A stretch of DNA of 64,000 bases from Candidatus Eiseniibacteriota bacterium (GTDB taxonomy: Bacteria; Eisenbacteria; RBG-16-71-46). The DNA lies in contig CAVUWA010000009.1 of the NCBI GenBank assembly GCA_963744995.1, positions 320,001 through 384,000 of the forward strand, in the 5' to 3' direction. Shown here in pieces: positions 43,616 to 51,463 of this stretch; within the stretch, counting starts at the first letter, position 1; the number at the start of each line of letters is the position of its first letter. A program made the translations under genes and the position numbers. The notes below the pieces were generated by a model, which worked only from the letters and a program-made list of their open reading frames with translations, searched no databases and was not told the origin of the DNA.

Positions 43616-45088
43616 TCAGCGCACGCGCCGCCAGACGGCGAGGTCACCCCGCCCCGCCGGGGGCGTATAGGCGCGGGCATAGTGCGCCAGCAGCGAATCG
43701 CGCTCGGCGCCGCTGCGGAAGGGTGCACCCCGGCCCGCGAACGCCTCGTTGGACTGGAACACCGCGGGGCGTACCACCAGCCAGTCGGGTCGCTCGCGGA
43801 CGGCGATGTCGGCATACCAGCCCGGTCCGCCGCGGCGCCGCCGGGCGACCTCGGGCGAGACGAGACCGACTTCGTCCACCACCACCAGCGGAGCGCGGTA
43901 GCCGATCATCCCGATCGGCTCCAGCATCACCTTCTGGCCGGGTTGCGCCGCGCCCTCGAGGAACGTCGCGACGCCGCCGAACGAGTTGAGCTCGTTCTGG
44001 GCGCGGCCCACGTACAGGACCCGCGCGACCGACCACGAGCCGAGCACGAACAGCGCGCACGAGATCAGCACCGCCCGGCCGCGCAGGAGGTCGGGGAGCC
44101 CGACGGCGGCGACGAGCACCACCCCTGCGAGCGGGACGATCATGTACCAGTAGAAGTAGGCGACACCGAGCAGCGCATAGCCCGCCCACACCACGAGCAT
44201 GCCGAGGGCGGCGAGCGCGAGACCGGAGTGCCTCGCGCGCCACAGGCGCACGAGACCGAAGACCAGCCCCGGCGCGACGAGCACGGCGAGCGGCAGCATC
44301 ATGCTGCCCTCCCCGGTGACCGGCCAGCGGCCGAGCGCCATGGGGAGGACCCACTCCCACCAGTGCCGGCCGAGCCAGGGCCCCGGCGTACCGTAGAGGG
44401 TGGATTTGGCGATCACGCTCTGCGGCAGCGGTGAGCCGTAGTAGACCGTGAGCAGGAGCAGCGCCGGCACGACGATCGCGGCAGCGATCACGCGGGCGCG
44501 CGGGCGGGCGCGCACGGCCATGATCGCGGCGACCACCAGGCCCTCGGGCCGGGTGAGCGCGAGCCCCGCGAGCAGCGGCCCCGCGAGGCCGCGGCGCGAG
44601 TCGATGGCCCACGCGGCGGTGAGAATCAGCGCGAGCATGACGCTGTTCTCCATGCCGGACATGGCGACGGCGGCGCAGAAGGGCCACGCGGCGAAGAACA
44701 CGCCGAAGATCCACGCGGCGGTGTTCGACGCGTGCCGCCTGAGCAGCACGACGGCCGCCGCGAGCGCGATGGCGTCGGTGACCATCACCGTGGCCCGCGA
44801 CCAGAACACCGGATCGTGCAGCAGGAAGGCCCCCGCGACGTTCCATACCACCCACAGCGGGGAGGTGAAGCCCATCACGTGCTCGCCCGGATTGAAGACC
44901 AGGCCGAGCCCGGCGGCCGCATTCCGCGCGTAACGGAAGGTGATGTATGCATCCTCGGAGGCCACCGGGATCGCGAGCCATGCGATCGTCCGGGCCGCGA
45001 TCAGCAGCAGCAGCGGGATCAGAAAGGGCTCGCGCGGGTCGAGCAGCGTGCCGAGGGCGTGGCCGGCGCCCGTCCGCCGCGGGGGCAC
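43616..45088 (-). CDS. Polytopic GT-C-fold glycosyltransferase (AftB-like N-terminal motif)
   Basis: EDAYITFRYARN...G.GLVFNPGE.V.GFTSPLW, SGMEN, LTRPEG, about ten or more hydrophobic segments; start uncertain. Confidence 0.7.
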   Translation of the reverse strand: MPPRRTGAGHALGTLLDPREPFLIPLLLLIAARTIAWLAIPVASEDAYITFRYARNAAAGLGLVFNPGEHVMGFTSPLWVVWNVAGAFLLHDPVFWSRATVMVTDAIALAAAVVLLRRHASNTAAWIFGVFFAAWPFCAAVAMSGMENSVMLALILTAAWAIDSRRGLAGPLLAGLALTRPEGLVVAAIMAVRARPRARVIAAAIVVPALLLLTVYYGSPLPQSVIAKSTLYGTPGPWLGRHWWEWVLPMALGRWPVTGEGSMMLPLAVLVAPGLVFGLVRLWRARHSGLALAALGMLVVWAGYALLGVAYFYWYMIVPLAGVVLVAAVGLPDLLRGRAVLISCALFVLGSWSVARVLYVGRAQNELNSFGGVATFLEGAAQPGQKVMLEPIGMIGYRAPLVVVDEVGLVSPEVARRRRGGPGWYADIAVRERPDWLVVRPAVFQSNEAFAGRGAPFRSGAERDSLLAHYARAYTPPAGRGDLAVWRRVR

Positions 45089-45147
45089 GGTGGAGGGGGT
45101 GACGCGCGCACGCCCTTCACGTCGCTTCAAGCGCAACTCCGGATGGA

Positions 45148-45182
45148 GCGGCGCGGGCCGCCCGGAGGCCGGCCCGCGCCGC
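45148..45182. repeat. Perfect 13-bp GC-rich inverted repeat
   Basis: GCGGCGCGGGCCG-N9-CGGCCCGCGCCGC. Confidence 0.7.
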
Positions 45183-45199
45183 GTGGCCACGCAGAATGA

Positions 45200-45329
45200 A
45201 GAAAAGGGGAGTCCTTGAACCCCAGCGAGAGGTTCGGTCGTACGCTTCATACAGGTGCGGTGCGGGTTGCGTCGCGAACGAGCGAAGGGACTCCCCAAGC
45301 TCGTCGAGCGGGTGCGCATGACGCGCCCG
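45200..45329 (-). ncRNA. Candidate structured RNA or leader (unassigned)
   Basis: Follows a minus-strand promoter; closing stem GGGGAGUCC/GGACUCCCC (45288-45296 with 45206-45214); internal hairpins with G-U pairs favouring the minus strand; followed by UUUUC. Confidence 0.4.
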
Positions 45330-45332
45330 GCA

Positions 45333-45361
45333 AGGGTAGCGGGCGACCCGCGGGCCCGCAA
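45333..45361 (-). promoter_or_regulatory. Putative minus-strand sigma70 promoter
   Basis: TTGCGG, 17 bp, TACCCT on the minus strand. Confidence 0.45.
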
Positions 45362-45378
45362 GGACGGCCGTCACATCC

Positions 45379-45407
45379 TTGACACCACCCGGCCCCGTCC
45401 TTAGCTT
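45379..45407 (+). promoter_or_regulatory. Putative promoter P1 of the Ton operon
   Basis: TTGACA (45379-45384), 17 bp, TAGCTT (45402-45407). Confidence 0.55.
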
Positions 45408-45413
45408 CGCGCG

Positions 45414-46448
45414 GTGCGAGCACGTCCTCCCATCGCCCCCCGCCGCCGCCTGCCGCGTTCATCGGTTGACAGCCGCAGGGGACCATTCCTAGAATTTGGT
45501 CACTTCGTTGTACCGGCGTCCGGCGCACGCCTTTCCGGCGTGGTTCTGGGTGCCCTGCTCGCCTGCGTGGTCCTCACCACGTGGGGGTGCGCTCCCCGGA
45601 GCGGATCCGGGCCCCCGGAAGATTCCCTCACTGCCGGGCGTATTACCGTCGTGTGTGTTCCGGATGCGATGGGCCTGATGGAGCGGGAGGTCCGCGCGTT
45701 CAAGGCGCTCTATCCCGATGGCACCATTGCGATTCGATCCGGAACCTCGCGTGATGCGGTGAGTGCGCTCTTCGCGGCCGACGCCGACCTGGCGGTGGTG
45801 GCGCGGGAGCTCGAACCGGAGGAACGGGATGCCGCCACGGCGGCGAAGCTGGACGTGCAGGGTTATCGATATGCAAGGGATGCGCTGGTTCTGGTCGTCC
45901 ATCCGGACAACCCGGTGGAAAACGTCTCCCGCGAGGACCTGGTCCGCATCTATCGAGGTGACATGAAGAACTGGAAGGACATCGGCGGGAAGGACATGGC
46001 GATCGTTCCGGTCGTGCAGCCGCCGGAGACCGATCTCAGCCACTTCCTGAACGACGCGGTCCTCGGCGGCGAGGCGCCGTCGGTGCGTGCACTGACCGAG
46101 GCCGGGGATTCGGCAGTCGTCGCGAAGGTGATGAGCGAGCCGGGCGCGATCGGGTATGTGTCGCTGGGCGGCGCCGCGCGCGGGGCGAAGCCCCTCCGCG
46201 TCGCGGCGCTCACCGGACTGTCGTACTGGAAGCCGGATCTCGAGGCGGTCTACAAGGGAGACTATCCGCTGACCCGATTTCAGAATTTCTTCGTGCGGGC
46301 CGACGGCGCGCGGCTGGCGCACGGGTTCATCACTTTCGTGACCAGCGCGGAGGGGCAGCGTCTCGTGCACGAGGCCGGCCTCGTTCCGACCACCGTTCCA
46401 GTCCGTTTCGTTCGACGCTCTCCGATGCGAGGCACCCACGAGAAGTGA
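45414..46448 (+). CDS. PstS-fold (PBP2) substrate-binding-like lipoprotein
   Basis: Lipobox-like TWGC; A.DALVLVVHP.NPV..., IY.G...NW...GG, GAIGYV, G.YPL.R. True start may be GTG 45540, downstream of P2. Confidence 0.75.
   Translation: MRARPPIAPRRRLPRSSVDSRRGPFLEFGHFVVPASGARLSGVVLGALLACVVLTTWGCAPRSGSGPPEDSLTAGRITVVCVPDAMGLMEREVRAFKALYPDGTIAIRSGTSRDAVSALFAADADLAVVARELEPEERDAATAAKLDVQGYRYARDALVLVVHPDNPVENVSREDLVRIYRGDMKNWKDIGGKDMAIVPVVQPPETDLSHFLNDAVLGGEAPSVRALTEAGDSAVVAKVMSEPGAIGYVSLGGAARGAKPLRVAALTGLSYWKPDLEAVYKGDYPLTRFQNFFVRADGARLAHGFITFVTSAEGQRLVHEAGLVPTTVPVRFVRRSPMRGTHEK
45466..45495 (+). promoter_or_regulatory. Putative promoter P2 of the Ton operon
   Basis: TTGACA (45466-45471), 18 bp, TAGAAT (45490-45495). 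Confidence 0.6.
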
Positions 46449-46467
46449 GGGGAGAACCACCACACTC

Positions 46468-48240
46468 ATGAGATCCTTCACGCTGAAATACCGGATCGTG
46501 CTCCCTGTCGTGCTGATCGCCGGCCTCGTCGCCGGGGTGGCGCACGCGGACGATCTCAAGGATGGCCGCCGTCTGCTGGATGCGGGGAAGCTGGATCAGG
46601 CATTTGCGGCGTTCGAGAAGGCCGCGAGCCAGGGCAAGGCCGAAGGCCAGGTCGGCATGGGCGACGTGCGCCTCAAGCAGGGACGGTACGACGAAGCGCT
46701 CACGGCCTACAAGGCGGCGCGGGCGCTCGACGGAGCGCTGGCCGCGTCGTACTACGGCGAGGGCGAGGTCTACCAGCGTCAGGACGACTGCGCGAAGGCG
46801 GTACCGCTGTTCCGCAAGGCCACCGAGCTCGATCGCAAGTATCCGGAGGCGGAACTGGCGCTCGGCCGCTGCCTGATCGCGCTCGAGCAGCACAAGGAGG
46901 CCACCGAGGCGCTGTCCGAAGGGCTCAAGTGGGGTCCCGACTGGCGGCCGAAGTTCCTCGTCGCGCTCGGCGACGCCGAACTCGAGCGCGATTCGCTGCG
47001 CGACGCCGGCGTGTATTACACGCGTGCCCGCGAGGAGGCGCCGAACGATCCGACCCCGCACGCGGCGCTCGGCCACTTCTACCTGGCGCGTGGCATTCCG
47101 GCGCTGGCGATCCCTGAATACCAGGCCGCGGTGGACCTCGACAGCTCGAGCGTCGAGTTCCGCCACGGGCTCGGCGAGGCGCTGTACGGCGCCGAGCGCT
47201 ACAGCGACGCTTTGCGCGAGTTCGAATGGGTGGCGGAGCGCGATCCGAACTACGCACCGGGCCAGCTCTCGCTCGGCAATCTGTACTACCGCTCGGGCCC
47301 GGCCGATCCGAAGCGCTATCAGGATGCGCGCGCCCCGCTCGAGAACTACGTCCGGCTGAAGCCGCGCGACCCCAAGGGCTGGAGCCTGCTCGGCCGCGAT
47401 CTGTTCTATCTCGACGAGAAGGACAAGGCGTACGACGCGCTGCAGAAGGCGATCGACCTCGGCGAGAAGAGCAAGGAGACGTTCACGGTCATGGGGCGCC
47501 TCCACACCGAGCGCAAGGAATGGGATCAGGCGATCGCCTCGTTCAAGAAGGGCGACCCGGAGGACCGGGATCTGCTGATCATGGGCCAGATCTACGTGAT
47601 CCAGGGGAAACCGGAGCGGGCGGAATCGCTGTATGTGTCGATCTTCGAGGCGGATTCCACGCGGCGCGTCGCCTGGTTCGCGATGAATCAGCTCGGCAAG
47701 CTCCGCTTCACGCAGAAGGACTATCCGGCGGCGATTGCGGCGTTCGAACGGCGAATCAGGCTTGACCCGAATAGTGGCGAGGCTTACTACTATATCGGCT
47801 TGTCTTACAAGGAGATGAAACAGTATCCTGAGGCGCTCGACGCCCTGCGCCGGGCGGCGGAGCTGGAGCCGGACAAGCCGGATCGTCAGTTCTGGCTCGG
47901 CATCATGTACGCACAGCTCGACTCGACCGATCAGTCATGCGAGGCTTTCGCACGCTCGGTCGAGAAGGATTCGACGAGTGCCACGGCGGCGGTGGCCTTC
48001 CGGCAGCTCGGTTTCTGTGCTCTGCTGGGGAAGAAGTATTCGGAAGCCATCCGCTTGCTCGAGCGGGCGGTGGAATTGAACGAGAGCGACGTTCAGGCGT
48101 GGGTCTGGCTGGCCCAGGGCTATCAGAATGCGGGGAACCGCAGTAAGGCGCTCGACGGCTACGAGCGGGCGCTGCAGTTGGACCCGCATCAGCCCGACGC
48201 ATTGAAGGGCAGACAGATGCTCACGGGAGGAGGACGATGA
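46468..48240 (+). CDS. Exported multi-TPR protein
   Basis: Signal peptide (AHA|DD), TPR repeats along the whole length. Confidence 0.88.
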   Translation: MRSFTLKYRIVLPVVLIAGLVAGVAHADDLKDGRRLLDAGKLDQAFAAFEKAASQGKAEGQVGMGDVRLKQGRYDEALTAYKAARALDGALAASYYGEGEVYQRQDDCAKAVPLFRKATELDRKYPEAELALGRCLIALEQHKEATEALSEGLKWGPDWRPKFLVALGDAELERDSLRDAGVYYTRAREEAPNDPTPHAALGHFYLARGIPALAIPEYQAAVDLDSSSVEFRHGLGEALYGAERYSDALREFEWVAERDPNYAPGQLSLGNLYYRSGPADPKRYQDARAPLENYVRLKPRDPKGWSLLGRDLFYLDEKDKAYDALQKAIDLGEKSKETFTVMGRLHTERKEWDQAIASFKKGDPEDRDLLIMGQIYVIQGKPERAESLYVSIFEADSTRRVAWFAMNQLGKLRFTQKDYPAAIAAFERRIRLDPNSGEAYYYIGLSYKEMKQYPEALDALRRAAELEPDKPDRQFWLGIMYAQLDSTDQSCEAFARSVEKDSTSATAAVAFRQLGFCALLGKKYSEAIRLLERAVELNESDVQAWVWLAQGYQNAGNRSKALDGYERALQLDPHQPDALKGRQMLTGGGR

Positions 48241-48584
48241 AGACACGGCAGGTGGGCGACATCACGATCCTGGCGCCGAAGGGGTACCTGACCGGTGGCG
48301 AGGAGACCGACGAACTCGAACAGTCCATCAAGGCCCTGGGCGAGGCCGGCAACAAGCAGCTGATCATCAACCTGGGCGAGACCCAGCACCTGAACTCGAC
48401 GGCGTTGGGAGTGCTGATCTCCGCGCATTCGAATTACGTCCGCCGGGGCGGGCAGATGAAGCTGTGCTCGGTGGACAAGCGCATCGAGAACATCTTCGTG
48501 ATCACCAAGCTCTCGCTCGTCTTCGACGTCTACGCCAACGAGGAGCAGGCCATCGCGAGCTTCTCGAAGAAGGAATCGGTCTGA
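48237..48584 (+). CDS. STAS-domain anti-sigma factor antagonist
   Basis: 115 aa, G.L.GG.E, LNSTALGVL phospho-Ser loop, ITKL..VF. Confidence 0.88.
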   Translation: MKTRQVGDITILAPKGYLTGGEETDELEQSIKALGEAGNKQLIINLGETQHLNSTALGVLISAHSNYVRRGGQMKLCSVDKRIENIFVITKLSLVFDVYANEEQAIASFSKKESV

Positions 48585-48841
48585 GGATTTGAGGCGGCGT
48601 TCCGGCGCACGGCGCCGGGGGCGCCGTTCGAGCAGCACCCGCCGCCGCGGGAACCATCGCGCCGGCGGCCGGAGCGACGGTCCCGGTGTCCGGGCGGGTC
48701 CGTCGCAGGACATCCAGAGGGGGACCCGGCTGCTCGGAACGGGCAGCGACTCGGGATTCCAAGGGGCGAATTCGCCCACCACACGACCCTGTTGGAGCGG
48801 CCCACCCGCCGCCTCCGGCGGGCAAGGAGGATCTGCAGCAA

Positions 48842-49585
48842 ATGAGTCGCTTTCTCGTACCCATCGGCTTCGTGCTCGCCGCCGCCGTGTCGTTCGCGAT
48901 CTGGTTCACGCTTCCGAAGACACTCGGCCAGCTCGGTCACATGATGTTCGAGGCGGGTCCGCTGGTGGCCATCCTCTTCCTGCTCATCATCCTCCTCATC
49001 GCATTCATCGTGGAGCGGCTCTGGAGCCTGCGTAAGGCACAGGGCACCGGCCCGCTGCCCGCGTTCCTCAACGCGGTCCGCAAGCAGCTGCACACCGGCA
49101 ACGTGGATGGCGCCATCCAGGCCTGCGCCAAGCAGCGCGGCTCGGCGGCGAACGTGATCCGCGCCGGACTCGAGCGCTATCAGATGGCGCGCACCGAGGG
49201 CTATCCCAAGGAGAAGGTCGTGGCCGAGACGCAGGCGGCGATCCAGGAGGCCAACGGCCTCGAAGTGCCGCTCCTCGAGCGCAATCTGGTCGCCCTCTCG
49301 ACCATCGCCTCGATCGGCACCATGGTGGGTCTGCTCGGCACCACGGTGGGCATGATCCGCGCTTTCCAGGCTCTGGGGCAGACCGGCGCCGTGGACGCGC
49401 AGAAGCTGTCGGTCGGTATTTCGGAGGCGCTGGTCAACACCGCCCTCGGCCTGTTCACGGCCATTACCGGCATCGTGTCGTACAACGTCTTCACCACCAA
49501 GGTCGACAACTTCAACTACATGATGGATGAAGCGTCGTACGAGGCCATCCAGCTGCTGTCGGCGGGCGTGGCGGAAAAGAAGTAG
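48842..49585 (+). CDS. exbB: MotA/TolQ/ExbB proton channel protein
   Basis: LSTIASIGTMVGLLGTTVGMI.AF, GISEALVNTA.G; AAGGAGG RBS. Confidence 0.92.
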   Translation: MSRFLVPIGFVLAAAVSFAIWFTLPKTLGQLGHMMFEAGPLVAILFLLIILLIAFIVERLWSLRKAQGTGPLPAFLNAVRKQLHTGNVDGAIQACAKQRGSAANVIRAGLERYQMARTEGYPKEKVVAETQAAIQEANGLEVPLLERNLVALSTIASIGTMVGLLGTTVGMIRAFQALGQTGAVDAQKLSVGISEALVNTALGLFTAITGIVSYNVFTTKVDNFNYMMDEASYEAIQLLSAGVAEKK

Positions 49586-49597
49586 GGGGCTGATTCG

Positions 49598-50059
49598 ATG
49601 AAGAAGCCGAAACGAGTCGGCATCAGCATCGACATGACGCCGTTCGTGGACATTGCGTTCCTGCTGCTGATCTTCTTCATGTCCACGACCGTCTTCAAGC
49701 CGCCGGAGGAAGAGGCGATCGTGCTGCCGGAGTCGCATTCCGAGGCGAAAGCCCCGGAGTCGGGCGTCATCACGATCGCGGTGTCGAAGCAGCCCGTGGT
49801 CCACGTCACCTGGCGCAAATCGGGGCAGGAGATCGACCACGTCGCCGACCCGGCGGATCTGAAGAACGATCTCAGCCTTGCGCTTCGCAACGCGCGCTCC
49901 GACTTGCCGAGCGCCCGCGTCATCGTGAAGATGGACAAGGATGCCCCTTACGGCGTGATGGCCGACATGATGTCGGCGCTCCAGCAGGCGAAGGCGCCAC
50001 GCTTCAACGTTCAGACCGAGCTGGCCGCGGACGCGAAGTCGTTCCGCGCCGCCCAGTGA
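49598..50059 (+). CDS. exbD: ExbD/TolR biopolymer transport protein 1
   Basis: IDMTPFVDIAFLLLIFFM TM with the conserved Asp. Confidence 0.92.
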   Translation: MKKPKRVGISIDMTPFVDIAFLLLIFFMSTTVFKPPEEEAIVLPESHSEAKAPESGVITIAVSKQPVVHVTWRKSGQEIDHVADPADLKNDLSLALRNARSDLPSARVIVKMDKDAPYGVMADMMSALQQAKAPRFNVQTELAADAKSFRAAQ

Positions 50060-50082
50060 TCGCGCCGAGGAGGTGAGGGACT

Positions 50083-50580
50083 TTGGGAGCCGTTGACAGC
50101 CCGCAGAAAAAGGACAGAGGCCCCAAGAAGCAGGGCATGTTCTCGAAGAAGAAGCATCGCGTCGGGATCCGCATCGACATGACGCCGTTCGTCGACATTG
50201 CGTTCCTGCTGCTGATCTTCTTCATGACGACCACCGTCTTCCGTACCCCTCAGGCGCTCGAGATCAATCTTCCGCCCGACGAGGACGTGGAGATCAAGAT
50301 CCAGCAGTCGAACGTGCTGAGCGTATACGTCATGGACAACGAGAAGGTGTTCTACAAGCGCGGCGAGGAGCCGTGGACGCGCACGAAGATCGGTGATCTG
50401 GGAACCGTGTTCCGCCGCTATACCGGGGATCCCAAGCTCGTCGTGCTCATCAAAATCAATCGCGAGGCCAAGTTCAACAACATGGTCAAGGCGATCGATC
50501 AGATGGATCAGGCGAAGCTGACCCGCTTCTCACTGGCCACGATGACCGACCAGGACATCAAGGAGGTCGAGGCCCTGTGA
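50083..50580 (+). CDS. exbD: ExbD/TolR biopolymer transport protein 2
   Basis: Same TM motif; TTG start after GGAGGTGAGG. Confidence 0.9.
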   Translation: MGAVDSPQKKDRGPKKQGMFSKKKHRVGIRIDMTPFVDIAFLLLIFFMTTTVFRTPQALEINLPPDEDVEIKIQQSNVLSVYVMDNEKVFYKRGEEPWTRTKIGDLGTVFRRYTGDPKLVVLIKINREAKFNNMVKAIDQMDQAKLTRFSLATMTDQDIKEVEAL

Positions 50581-51299
50581 CGACGATTCCGGATCCTCTG
50601 TTCGAGTTCATGCCCTACGGGGCGCCCGAACTCAAGGCGGTCGCGAAGAAGTACATGTTCCGCGCGGTGATCATCGGTTGCGGCATCATGATGCTGCTGC
50701 TGCTCCTGTTCACCGGGACGCGGTTCTACCTGGAGCACCGCCCCAAGGAGACGAGCGTCGTGGTGGTTCCCTACCGCGAGCTCGCGGCTCCGCCACCGCT
50801 CACCGAGAAGGTGGCGCCACCGAAGGTGGAGATCGCGCAGCCGGTGGCTCCGCCCACGGTCGGGGTCGCGGTTCCCGTGCCCGACGCGGAGGCCGAGCCG
50901 GAGCAGATCATCGCATCTCAGGAGGAACTGGCGGACATGACGCCGTCGGTCGCCCAGGGTGACGGTGACGGCGACATCGTGGTGGCACCGCCCGACGAGG
51001 ACGCGCTGCCGAAGTTCGGCGAGTACGTCTACGTCGAGGAGCTTCCGGAAGCGATCACCAAGACGGCCCCCATCTACCCTGATCTGGCCCGCGAGGCCGG
51101 CGTGGACGGCACCGTGATGGTGCAGGCCCTGGTCGGCAAGGACGGCAAGGTCAAGGACACGAAGGTGGTGAAGTCGATTCCCATGCTGGACACGGCCGCG
51201 ATCACGGCCGTGAAGCAGTGGGTGTTCAAGCCGGCGCTGTCCAACAACAAGCCCGTCGCGGTATGGGTGGCGGTGCCGGTGACGTTCCGGCTGCACTAG
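50577..51299 (+). CDS. tonB: TonB-family energy transducer
   Basis: YGA.ELK, TM, Pro-rich linker, YP..AREAG..G.V...V...G.V C-terminal domain. Confidence 0.9.
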   Translation: MTTIPDPLFEFMPYGAPELKAVAKKYMFRAVIIGCGIMMLLLLLFTGTRFYLEHRPKETSVVVVPYRELAAPPPLTEKVAPPKVEIAQPVAPPTVGVAVPVPDAEAEPEQIIASQEELADMTPSVAQGDGDGDIVVAPPDEDALPKFGEYVYVEELPEAITKTAPIYPDLAREAGVDGTVMVQALVGKDGKVKDTKVVKSIPMLDTAAITAVKQWVFKPALSNNKPVAVWVAVPVTFRLH

Positions 51300-51326
51300 C
51301 GACCCGCAGTCGAACAGCGAGTTTCG

Positions 51327-51359
51327 AGGAGGACCGGGAATCCCCCGGTCCTCCTTTTT
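51327..51359 (+). terminator. Rho-independent terminator
   Basis: AGGAGGACCGGG-AATCC-CCCGGTCCTCCT followed by TTTT. Confidence 0.85.
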
Positions 51360-51463
51360 GCGCTGCACCGGGGTGAGATCGCCGCGACCGCGCGCGGCGC
51401 AGACTTCGTTGCCGGTGGCGGGGGATCTCGTCGCGAATCCCGGACCGGGAGTGGAGTTCCGTC

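Noticed and set aside
45206..45296. TPP riboswitch, 6S RNA, SRP RNA or tRNA identity for the structured element
   Set aside because: It has fragments resembling TPP (GGGGAG, CCTTGAACC, AGCGAAGGGA) and 6S (TTGAACC..GGTTC) but lacks the UGAGA motif, the 6S length and central bubble, the SRP GGAA core, and a canonical T-loop/CCA.
45250..45361. Long N-terminal extension of the GT-C ORF, including an MKRT start reminiscent of ribosomal protein L34
   Set aside because: Overlaps the promoter and RNA structure; the sequence after MKRT is unlike L34; probably a chance open frame.
48700..48760. SAM-I or cobalamin riboswitch before exbB (ATCCAGAG...GGGAC)
   Set aside because: Downstream core motifs (GGCAACC/GGTGC for SAM-I; GCCACTG and B12 box for cobalamin) are absent.
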